Assembly: GCA_022729355.1 (NCBI GenBank)
Contig: JALDAN010000001.1
Span: forward strand, 1 to 56,985
DNA from: Candidatus Nanohalarchaeota archaeon
Lineage (GTDB): Archaea; Nanohalarchaeota; Nanosalinia; Nanosalinales; Nanosalinaceae
Direction of reading: 5' to 3'
DNA: 56,985 nt
Below the pieces are notes generated by a model. The model did no database searches. It was given only the letters and a program-made list of their open reading frames with translations, and was not told where the DNA came from. Shown one piece after another: positions 39,920 through 48,700 of this stretch. How positions within the stretch are numbered: position 1 is the stretch's first letter; each line of letters starts with the position of its first letter. The translations under genes were made by a program, and so were the position numbers.

Positions 39920-40008
39920 GCCGGGATGACAGAGTCTGGCTAATTGTGCCGGTCTTGAGAACCGGTGGCCCATATGCGGCCTCCTGGGTTCAAATCCCAG
40001 TCCCGGCG
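39920..40008 (+). tRNA. tRNA-Ser(TGA)
   Basis: GCCGGGA/TCCCGGC acceptor; CCGGT-CTTGAGA-ACCGG; long variable arm; G discriminator. Confidence 0.95.
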
Positions 40009-40094
40009 AAACAATTTTTCCTGGTATTTGATAGGAGAAGCTCCCTTCCGGCGAGCTTCGGGTTCAAATCCCAGTCCCGGCGAAACAATTTTTC
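39986..40094 (+). repeat. 35-bp direct repeat of the tRNA-Ser 3' end
   Basis: GGGTTCAAATCCCAGTCCCGGCGAAACAATTTTTC at 39986-40020 and 40060-40094. Confidence 0.9.
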
Positions 40095-40139
40095 TTTGAC
40101 GGAAGCCGTAAAAAACTCCGCCGACAAAACACTGTTTAT

Positions 40140-40484
40140 ATGGCTAAGGAGGATTATCTTCGAAAAATATACTATCTAACAGATGAGGGAGAGTCCAGTA
40201 CCTCTACTTCTGAACTGGCGGAGGCCATGGATGTAACGAATGCCAGTGCCTCAGAGGCCGTGAAGAAACTGGAGGGGGATACACTTGTCTGCCGTGCAGC
40301 CTATAAAGGCTTTACTTTAAGTCCTATCGGAAAAGATGAGGCCTCGAAACTGGCTGAGAAGAATGAACGACTGGAGGAGATTTTCAGGGAGGCCTCTGTA
40401 AGCAGTCCGGAAGAGGAGGCGGACAGAGTTGAACACTGTATCTCCATAGAGGCCTTGGAGTCTCTTGAGGAAAAAATTCTTTGA
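40140..40484 (+). CDS. DtxR/MntR-family metal-dependent regulator
   Basis: EDYLRKIY, ELAEAMDV..ASASEAVKKL, EADRVEH. Confidence 0.88.
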   Translation: MAKEDYLRKIYYLTDEGESSTSTSELAEAMDVTNASASEAVKKLEGDTLVCRAAYKGFTLSPIGKDEASKLAEKNERLEEIFREASVSSPEEEADRVEHCISIEALESLEEKIL

Positions 40485-40563
40485 AAGGTAAATGGGTTTA
40501 CTTAAAATTAGTGCTACAGTACTCAAATGTAGGCAGGAATGGTCTTTTTTCTTGTCTTTTGAT

Positions 40564-40636
40564 AGCCCCCTGGTGTAGTGGCCAATCATGAGAGGCCCTG
40601 GCCCTCTAGACGCAGGTTCGAATCCTGCGGGGGCTA
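40564..40636 (+). tRNA. tRNA-Gln(CTG), atypical anticodon loop
   Basis: AGCCCCC/GGGGGCT acceptor; AGAGG-CCCTGGC-CCTCT; GCAGG-TTCGAAT-CCTGC. Confidence 0.85.
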
Positions 40637-40695
40637 AACTAAACATCTTTCCAGCTTCACAAACTTAATAAATACTTACCGAACAGTCATTTTGT

Positions 40696-41202
40696 ATGGA
40701 AAGGAATCATCTAGTTCTGATTGGCCTAGCATTTGCCCTGATCGCATCAGGATGTGCAGGGGACTACGGTGACGCAGATGAAGAGCTACCGGGAGACGAG
40801 GAAGTACCGGCACCAGGAGACGAACTACCTGGAGACGAAGAAGATGAAGACGTAACTGAAGCACCTGAAGATGACGAACAAGAGGCAGCAAACGGAGATG
40901 AAGCAGAGGCCTCTGAAGACGAAGATGAAGTAAGAGAAATCACTGTAGAAGGAGGTAGCTTCTGGTTTGACTCTGATGAAATAGAGGTAGAAGCAGGAGA
41001 AACAGTGAGATTCACCTTCGAAAACGTTGAAGGAACACATGACATGGTGTTCCCGGAACTCGGTGCAGGAACTGATGTCATCTCTGAAGGAGAATCAGAA
41101 ACATTCGAAGTAACCTTCGATGAAGAAGGCGAATACGAATTCATCTGCTCAGTAGGAAACCACGCAGAACAAGGCATGACAGGCACAGTTGAAGTAGTAT
41201 AA
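40696..41202 (+). CDS. Cupredoxin (halocyanin/plastocyanin-like) lipoprotein
   Basis: Lipobox LIASGC; acidic linker; HD...C..GNH...GM copper ligands. Confidence 0.9.
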   Translation: MERNHLVLIGLAFALIASGCAGDYGDADEELPGDEEVPAPGDELPGDEEDEDVTEAPEDDEQEAANGDEAEASEDEDEVREITVEGGSFWFDSDEIEVEAGETVRFTFENVEGTHDMVFPELGAGTDVISEGESETFEVTFDEEGEYEFICSVGNHAEQGMTGTVEVV

Positions 41203-41296
41203 AAACACAGTTTTTTGCGTAGCGTGGAGCGCCAACGAAAGGCCTCCACCAACGCTTCTTTATCTTTTCACCTCACAAACTAGTACAGAGACCAAG

Positions 41297-41836
41297 ATGA
41301 ACGAGTTACAGGCCTTTTTCGAGAAGATCGAGGAACTGAAGCATAAAGAACGAGAAGGATGGCGTAAAAATGGCGTTGACAGGCCTCGTGATACGATTGC
41401 CTCCCACAGCTTTGGAGCTGCACTGATAGGATGGATTATGGCGGAAGAGGAGGGCCTTGACTCAGACAGAATTGTCAAGATGCTTTTGCTGCATGATCTG
41501 ATAATGGCTTATATCGACGATTATACTCCTGAAGACAAGGAATTCGAGGACAAGAAAGAAATCGAGATGGAGGCCTCTGAGAGAATGTTCAAGGATGTTC
41601 CGGACAGTGTCGAGGACGAGATGCGTGAAATGTTCGATGAGCTTCAGGAAATGGAGAGTGAGGAAGCCGTCTTCGTGAACGACTGTGACAAGCTGGATAC
41701 ACTGCTCCAGGCCTCAAGTTACTTATCAGATGAAGAATTAGACGAGTTCATCGAGTTTTACAGGGATGAAATCAGTACTGAAACAGGAAAGGAAGTATTT
41801 GAAGATATAGTTGAAGAAAAGGATTCGAGCGAATAG
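41297..41836 (+). CDS. HD-domain hydrolase (YfbR-like)
   Basis: REGW, IASHS, LLHDL, DCDKLD. Confidence 0.88.
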   Translation: MNELQAFFEKIEELKHKEREGWRKNGVDRPRDTIASHSFGAALIGWIMAEEEGLDSDRIVKMLLLHDLIMAYIDDYTPEDKEFEDKKEIEMEASERMFKDVPDSVEDEMREMFDELQEMESEEAVFVNDCDKLDTLLQASSYLSDEELDEFIEFYRDEISTETGKEVFEDIVEEKDSSE

Positions 41837-41893
41837 GCCTATCAGGTTTCTTAAAAATAGGTTGAGTTAGTTGTTGTATAGATAGTTAGTTGC

Positions 41894-41966
41894 AGCCCCG
41901 TAGCATAGCGGTCAAGTGCACCAGCCTTTGGAGCTGGCGACCCCGGTTCGAATCCGGGCGGGGCTA
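41894..41966 (+). tRNA. tRNA-Gln(TTG)
   Basis: AGCCCCG/CGGGGCT acceptor; CCAGC-CTTTGGA-GCTGG. Confidence 0.95.
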
Positions 41967-42001
41967 ATTACTATAACATTTGAGGCCTCTAATCTTGTTC
42001 T

Positions 42002-42286
42002 ATGAGTAAAGAGATCAGAGCATCACACATTCTCGTGGACAACGAAGAGCACGCAGATCAGATCAAACTGGAGCTGGAAAGAAGCGATAAAAGCTTCGCA
42101 CAACTCGCAAAAGAAAAAAGTGAAGGCCCTTCAGGAGATAACGGCGGAGACCTCGGATTCTTCGGAAGAGGGAAAATGGTGCCAGAGTTCGAGAAAGTAG
42201 CATTCAAGCTGGACAACGGAGAAGTCAGCGATCCTGTCAAGACAGAGTTCGGATGGCACATCATCAAGAAAACAGACGAAAGATAA
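42002..42286 (+). CDS. ppiC: Parvulin-type peptidyl-prolyl isomerase
   Basis: [27 protein letters not shown]. Confidence 0.93.
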   Translation: MSKEIRASHILVDNEEHADQIKLELERSDKSFAQLAKEKSEGPSGDNGGDLGFFGRGKMVPEFEKVAFKLDNGEVSDPVKTEFGWHIIKKTDER

Positions 42287-42301
42287 AACAAACTCCTCCA
42301 A

Positions 42302-42320
42302 GAGGCCTTCCTAAGGCCTC
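42302..42320. terminator. Putative bidirectional terminator of two AGGCCT units
   Basis: GAGGCCTT-CCT-AAGGCCTC perfect 8-bp stem between convergent genes. Confidence 0.5.
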
Positions 42321-42344
42321 ACTTATTCTTTTGATAAATTTCTT

Positions 42345-43163
42345 CTACATTTCTTCAGCGATTTCTGCGAGTTCACGGACTTTTTCTACTGCTTCTTCGT
42401 GTTTCATGAAGCCGGGGCTTGTCGCCCATGTTACAAAATCTGCTTCTGATGCAGCACGGGCAACAGATTTCTCCACATACTCAACTGTTTCGTCGTCATA
42501 TGAGTGGTGCTTGCCGTCAACACCCATCATGAAATCCACATCTATATCCACCACCACAGAGTCGTAGTCTGAGAAATCATTCCAGTGAAAAGACGATATA
42601 TCCGTTCTATATCCATGACCAGATGATTCTTCCTTGAGTCCTCTATTCTCGACTCCGTCAAATAGTCCCCATTCAAGGGCCGGATCTACGAATTCGTTGA
42701 TCTGAAGTTCCGGGACGAAGCTGTTAACTTCTTCCATTGTGAGAGGCATCTCCTCAGGAGTTTCAAGGAAGTATCCTGCATCTTCAACACTGTGAATCTG
42801 CCTTGGAGGCCTCTTATCATCTTCGTGGAAGTCGATATGCAGGAGTAGTGTTTCTCCTTGTAAGAGGCCTTCGTATGTTGCTGCGATCCATCCAGCTAGT
42901 GCATGGTTGTGATCATCAACGAAGAACGTATTGTTCTCTCTGTCCAGCACATATGTTTCAAGGCCTTCTTCATAGGCTGTGTCTTGGTGACTTAGATCTG
43001 TATAGCTGCCTTCTCTTACTTCTGGCACATAGGATCTTCCCACTCCTCTGTCTGTATGCAGATCTCCGTAGTTGAGTAGGCTTTCGAGGCCTTGAATCAA
43101 TTGCCCATTAGTTGTCACTTGTTTATCACAACCTGTTGTGTGTATGTGTTGGTCTGGTTTCAC
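42345..43163 (-). CDS. UPF0489-like protein
   Basis: DDHNHAL..W, LLHIDFHED, DIDVDF, ATSPGF. Confidence 0.7.
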   Translation of the reverse strand: MKPDQHIHTTGCDKQVTTNGQLIQGLESLLNYGDLHTDRGVGRSYVPEVREGSYTDLSHQDTAYEEGLETYVLDRENNTFFVDDHNHALAGWIAATYEGLLQGETLLLHIDFHEDDKRPPRQIHSVEDAGYFLETPEEMPLTMEEVNSFVPELQINEFVDPALEWGLFDGVENRGLKEESSGHGYRTDISSFHWNDFSDYDSVVVDIDVDFMMGVDGKHHSYDDETVEYVEKSVARAASEADFVTWATSPGFMKHEEAVEKVRELAEIAEEM

Positions 43164-43206
43164 ACCTTTATAAAATTTAACAGGGATTTAGGTGTTACGA
43201 GTTATC

Positions 43207-43686
43207 ATGTCAGAGACACGTGAAGTTGTAAGGATTGCAAGAACCGGTATTGATGGAAACAAACCTGTTGAGAAGGCCTTGACAGGTCTGAAAGGAATCG
43301 GCGAGATGTACGCCAATGCAGTGGCTGAGTCGATGGACTACAAAAGTACAGTAATCGGAAATCTCAACGATGAGGAAATCGATGAGATTGAGGAAGCCAT
43401 CAAGAATCCTGATGAACTGGATCTACCTTCATGGGTAAGAAACAGAAGGAAGGATAGAGATACTGGAGAAGATCTTCACCTTATCGAGTCAGATCTTGAA
43501 CTAAAGAATGAGTTCGATATCAGAAGGTTGAAGCAGATTGATTCTTACAAAGGTTGGAGACATGAAATCGGACTACCTGTCCGTGGACAGAAGACACAGT
43601 CCTCATTCCGTAGTGGAAGCAAGATTGGAGTTTCACGTGCAAGACTGCAGGAAGAGGCCTCTACAGGCGGCGGAGACGAGGAATAG
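43207..43686 (+). CDS. rps13: 30S ribosomal protein S13
   Basis: LKGIG, PSWVRNRRKD, YKGWRH..GLPVRGQKT. Confidence 0.96.
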   Translation: MSETREVVRIARTGIDGNKPVEKALTGLKGIGEMYANAVAESMDYKSTVIGNLNDEEIDEIEEAIKNPDELDLPSWVRNRRKDRDTGEDLHLIESDLELKNEFDIRRLKQIDSYKGWRHEIGLPVRGQKTQSSFRSGSKIGVSRARLQEEASTGGGDEE

Positions 43687-43697
43687 GTGAATAAAAG

Positions 43698-43748
43698 ATG
43701 AAAATCAGAGATTTTCAGATTAAGAGAAGCACAGAGGTACTTCGATAA
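43698..43748 (+). other. Two-hairpin spacer with 16-aa micro-ORF between rps13 and rps4
   Basis: GGTGA at 43686; ATG at 43698; MKIRDFQIKRSTEVLR*; TAATG overlap with the rps4 start. Confidence 0.5.
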
Positions 43749-44290
43749 TGGTAAAGAAACTAACTAAACAATACGAGACACCTTTTGAGGCTTGGGACAG
43801 TGAGAGAATCGAGAAGGAAGCAGAGCTAGTCGAGGAGTTCGGTCTCAGGAACAAGAGAGAAGTATACAAAGCAGAGAGCGAGCTAAGAGGTCTCAGAAGA
43901 CAGGCAAGAAAGGCCGCCGCATCAGAAGATGAAGAACAGAGAAAGCCACTACTAGACAAGGCACACAAACTTGGACTAATCAAGGCTGACGGGGAGATAG
44001 TTGACATCCTTTCACTTGAAACTCGAGATATACTTAATAGAAGACTTCAGACAGCTGTAGAGAGAAAAGGATATGCAGACACTCCACTAGAGGCCCGTCA
44101 AAGAGTTGTTCATGGGCACATATACGTAAATGGAGAGAGAGTAAATGTTCCAGGCTACCTCTTGACTCAGGAAGAGGAAAAGAATATTGAAGTAAAGATG
44201 CCTGAGCCAGAAGACGATAATGAAGCAGAGCAAGAAGCCGAAGAGGCCTCTGAAGAAGTTGAGGAAGATAAAGAAGGTGATGATGAATGA
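43748..44290 (+). CDS. rps4: 30S ribosomal protein S4
   Basis: YETP..AW, FGLRNKREV, RRLQT, ARQ.VVHGHI, VPGY. Confidence 0.96.
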   Translation: MVKKLTKQYETPFEAWDSERIEKEAELVEEFGLRNKREVYKAESELRGLRRQARKAAASEDEEQRKPLLDKAHKLGLIKADGEIVDILSLETRDILNRRLQTAVERKGYADTPLEARQRVVHGHIYVNGERVNVPGYLLTQEEEKNIEVKMPEPEDDNEAEQEAEEASEEVEEDKEGDDE

Positions 44291-44343
44291 TTGAAAATTC
44301 GAAGAATTTCATGACGCAGAAAACACAGGGTGTTTTCGAGTGA
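44287..44343 (+). other. Two-hairpin spacer with 18-aa micro-ORF between rps4 and rps11
   Basis: GGTGA at 44276; ATG at 44287 overlaps the rps4 stop; [18 protein letters not shown]; GTGA overlap with the rps11 start. Confidence 0.5.
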
Positions 44344-44723
44344 CTAAGAAAGGTATTGTACACATCTATTCGAGCTTCAACAACACTATAGTACATATCA
44401 CTGACGCTACAGGTGCAGAGACTTTCTCACGCATCACGTCAGGTATGACTACAGATAAGGGACGTCTTCAAGGAAGTGCTTTCCCAGCTATGAAGGCAGC
44501 TAAACAGGCTGTTGAAGAAGCCAAGGAGAAAGGTATCGAAAAGCTTGATATCCAGGTAAGAGGGCCTGGAGGCCAGAAGCAGAAGATGCCTGGAAGAGGA
44601 GCACAGCCTGCGATCAGAGCTATTTCAAGAAGCGATCTTGAAGTAGGCAACATCGAAGACGTTACACCTGTTCCTCACGACGGATGCCGTGCAAAAGGTG
44701 GAAAGAGAGGAAGAAGAGTATAA
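44340..44723 (+). CDS. rps11: 30S ribosomal protein S11
   Basis: [39 protein letters not shown]; GTG start. Confidence 0.96.
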   Translation: MTKKGIVHIYSSFNNTIVHITDATGAETFSRITSGMTTDKGRLQGSAFPAMKAAKQAVEEAKEKGIEKLDIQVRGPGGQKQKMPGRGAQPAIRAISRSDLEVGNIEDVTPVPHDGCRAKGGKRGRRV

Positions 44724-44754
44724 ATTATTTTTTGATGGAGGCCTGAAATCAACA

Positions 44755-45327
44755 ATGAATGTAGAAAAAGTAGATGAAACAGAAGATGTTCTCAAGTTAA
44801 AACTAGAAGATACAGACGAAGCAGTAGCCAACGCACTGCGGAGAGCAATGGTCTCCAAAGTTCCAACACTTGCAGTCAAGCATCTTGAAGTAACGAAAAA
44901 TGATTCAGGCCTTTTTGATGAAATCCTGGCTAACAGGGTAGGCCAAGTACCGTTTACAATACCAGAAAACATGGAAGCCGAAGACGAAATCCATGTAGCA
45001 CTTACACAGGAAGGCCCAGGCAAAGCACTGGCAGAAGACATGCAGACAGATAATGAAGAAGCAAGGCCTATAAATCCAGATACAGAACTGGTTACACTGA
45101 AAGAAGATCAAGATCTGGAGTTCGAGGCAGTAGCAGTACTTGGACACGGAAAAGAACACGCCAAGCACCAAGGCGGAACAGTCGGATACGAAAAAGTAGA
45201 TGAAAACGAATACCTGTTCAGAATAGAATCTACATCTGGCTACAGCAACGAAGAACTATTCAACGAGGCCTTAAAAGTTCTACAGGATGAACTCGAAGAA
45301 TTTAAGGCCTTTACCGAAGAACTATAG
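44755..45327 (+). CDS. rpoD: RNA polymerase subunit Rpo3 (D)
   Basis: ANALRR.M...VPTLAV, NDSGLFDEILA, GKEHAK. Confidence 0.94.
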   Translation: MNVEKVDETEDVLKLKLEDTDEAVANALRRAMVSKVPTLAVKHLEVTKNDSGLFDEILANRVGQVPFTIPENMEAEDEIHVALTQEGPGKALAEDMQTDNEEARPINPDTELVTLKEDQDLEFEAVAVLGHGKEHAKHQGGTVGYEKVDENEYLFRIESTSGYSNEELFNEALKVLQDELEEFKAFTEEL

Positions 45328-45460
45328 TTCCAAAGCATTAATCTGAGCTAGTTTTTTGTCAAAGACTACTTTTAAGTTTAGATATATCCGTAACACATAG
45401 TTTAAATCAGCCTTAGCGTTATCACTCTCAGATTGGTACGTATTTAAGTACAGGACTACT

Positions 45461-45637
45461 AAGAAAGGATTTATATACAGGCCTATCGCAACAAAACATA
45501 AAGAAGACTCGACAACAGTCAGAAGCCAGTGCACAAGAGTCAATATTACACAATGGCCGTATAAAGAAAGGTTTTATATACAGGCCTATCGCAACAAAAC
45601 ATAAAGAAGACTCGACAACAGTCAGAAGCCAGTGCAC
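45461..45637 (+). repeat. 74-bp tandem direct repeat containing a BRE/TATA-like element
   Basis: Copies at 45461-45534 and 45564-45637, one mismatch, 103-bp period. Confidence 0.9.
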
Positions 45638-45700
45638 TAGCACTTTTGTAACTTGATTTTATCTGACTCAAGTCGAGATCTTTCAAGGTAATAGATAAAC

Positions 45701-48700
45701 ATGTCAGGTAGATTAGTAAGCAGGCCGAAGGCACTCATGCTTGTAGTATCAATGTTTCTAGTTTTACCTATGGCTTTAGGAACAGTGACGATAGGAGAGA
45801 ATACGTTAATTGAACAGGCAGATAATGATGTTGAAATTGTTGCTGAGGAAGATTTCAATGTTTCAGAGCTTAATGTTTTTGATGAGGCAACTCAATTTGG
45901 GACTACTAACTTCTCACTAATACACACAAATGAAGATATAATCCATGCGAACATGACTGAGTTTACAAGTGATGCAGGAGAAGGAGAAGCTTTGACTTCA
46001 TTCCGAGCAAACGGCAGTTCAGGAGAGGAGTTAGATATACAATTTTCTAATTTGACAAGAAGAATGTTTTATCAGATTTATATTGATGGATTAGGTACTT
46101 TTGAGGAGTCGAGCGGAGATGAAGGCGATTTTTCATACAGTCTGAGTTATGATTCTGATGAATTCCGAGATTTTGAACTACGGGCTGAAACTCAAGATTT
46201 CTTTGAACACCAAACTAATTTCCCTGGAGATTTAACTTATGGTCCAGATAATTCTATTCAGGTGGATGGATCAGGACAGTATCAAATCTCAGAAGATGAT
46301 GTTGATGGTGGAGAAGTTGAACTAATATTGAATGATGAAATTAAAGAGACTACTTCAACTGATAGTGATGGAGAATATAGCTTTGATATTTTTACGCCTA
46401 AAGAGGCAGGAAATCATCTCTTTGAAGTGAATATGAGCCAACATCATCTGTATGATAGCGAATCTAGGGAGGTTACTGTAGACAGTCTTTTCTTAGAGAA
46501 CAGTAGTGTTGAATCTCTTGAGACCGATGGCCAGTTTATAGATATTGATGAAGATGGAGCTCTAAATATTTCTACTGTCGCCTTTCGGAACCTGGATGGA
46601 GAAATTGAGCAAGTAGATTATCTTATTTTTGATTCTGAAGGAGCCCCCGTCCAATCCACATTTGAACCTTGGGCTCAGTTAGAAAATACAACAGACAGAA
46701 CTGAAACGGGCATTTGGTTCAACGAAACACCGTCATTATCAAACAAAGAAGGTATAGGTCTAGGTAATTATACCATAGAACTTGATGCACAGTCTACATT
46801 AGATGGACAAACAATCAATGTTAGAGAAGAAGATAGACCTGAATTTGAGGTAAAGATCCAAGACTTAGATACAGGTCTAGAAATTGATCAGCAAAGCTAC
46901 AGTGTAAACAATGATGACTTCGTAAATATAACCGGTCAGCTGATTAGACAACCAGACGAAGACTTGATCAATGATACTGAGGTCGATATAAACATTTATG
47001 ATAATGAAACCGGCGATGGGTTCAATGTTGAGCAAATAACTACAAATGAAACAGGACACTTTGAGCTAGATTATGAATTTGCTGAAGAGGAAGGAGTTAG
47101 AAGGCTTGAAGTAGTTGCAGAGGATGAAAACGGCATAACAGGCAATGACTCAGAGGTATTTACTGTAACAGAGCTAACTGTGGAGAATATAATGTATGAA
47201 GACTCTGAAGAGAATCATAGTTACAACATTAGTTCTTTAGTAAGTGATTCTAGAGGAATTACAAACCATGAATGTAGCTTAAGTGTATCCGACCTTGATG
47301 GCAATCAAGTAGATTATGATATGGATGTAGATGCTGAACATGGTGCAGAAGATGAGGCTCTATGTGAAACACCTTATGTAAGTTGGGAGAATAATTCAGA
47401 ATGGGACCCTACAGAAGAGTTAGAGGCAACAGTAGAAGTTGAAAATGGTTCGGCTTTCGCAGCAGATACTGCAACAAGAAGTCTTCCTAACACCCCTCCT
47501 ACTGTAACAGAATTTGATATAAATGAAATTGAAAAACAGTATGCAGCTGATATAGAAGCTATTGCAGAGGATCCTAACAAAGATGAGGACGAAATAGTAG
47601 AATGTAATGTATATTACTACAATAATGATGAGGAATATGTAGTTGATGGAAACCTTGATACGTCTCATGGCGAAGTGGATGAAGCTAAATGTACCTTTAG
47701 TATAGACTCAACACTGGAGGGTATTGGGACAAATGAGAATGTTACGACACAGGTAGAATTTGTTGATCAGCAAGGGGCAACAGACATTTCAGATAATAAA
47801 ACTGCAGAACTTGCAGCTGACTTAAACTTTGAAGCAGAGTTAAGGACATTTGTAGGAGGATCACCAGGAGGGACTATTGAATTCTATGAGCCAGGCACTG
47901 ATAATGTTGTAAATACGATTGAAGGAAATGATTCAACATTAACTGGCACAGTAGCTAGAGGAACATATGATATGAATGTGAAGACTCTTGATAGCGAAGT
48001 ACAGTTCAATGATGCTGAAATAGATGATGATACTTCATTCCTACTTGAAATGGCTCCTAATGTATCAGATAGATATGATGATGAAGTATCAGCGGATTGG
48101 GCAAGAACTTCAACACATATTGCAGTGGATGATATAGATGTCCAGTATAACGATGCTACAATCAGATTTGACTACAGTAGTCTGGAAGAAAGATACGTTA
48201 CACCTTGGGAATGTGATGAATGGAATGAAGACCCTACATACAGGGATTGTAGAGAGAATGATTTCCCAAGAGATTCATTAGATTATGAACCTGCTGAAGA
48301 CTATAATATTGACAGTGAGGAACAGACAGTTTCACTAAACACAGATGTTTCTGAAGGAGCATATGTTCTTGCATCCAATAGAGGATGGTTACAAGATTGG
48401 TTCGATAGACAGGAAATAACAGTTGAAGGGCGATCAGAAGAAGTTGAGAACTATCAGGTTAAATTTACTGTAGATACAAGAGAAGAAATACTTGATAACA
48501 ATCTAGATGAAGAATGTAGCTCAATCAGATTTTACAATACTGATCAAACCGAAGAACTAAATCATTGGATGGAGCCTGGAACATGCAACTCAGAAGAGAC
48601 TGTTTTCTGGGTTGAAATACCATTCATCCCTGCTGATGCACAAAGAACAATATTCATGTATTACAGCGATGAACAAGATGAAATTACAAGCTCAGGGGAA

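Noticed and set aside
39986-40094. 35-bp repeat with 39-bp spacer as a mini-CRISPR
   Set aside because: Only two copies, the repeat is the tRNA-Ser 3' end, and there are no cas genes in the window
40564-40636. Reading this tRNA as Arg(CCT) or a suppressor
   Set aside because: Stem register places CTG at positions 34-36 and the acceptor stem matches the other tRNA-Gln
45461-45637. 74-bp repeats as CRISPR or IS ends
   Set aside because: Too long for CRISPR repeats, direct rather than inverted, and no transposase nearby
45322-45858. Four short minus-strand ORFs sharing peptide segments
   Set aside because: They are by-products of the 74-bp duplication and lack the acidic composition of real genes here
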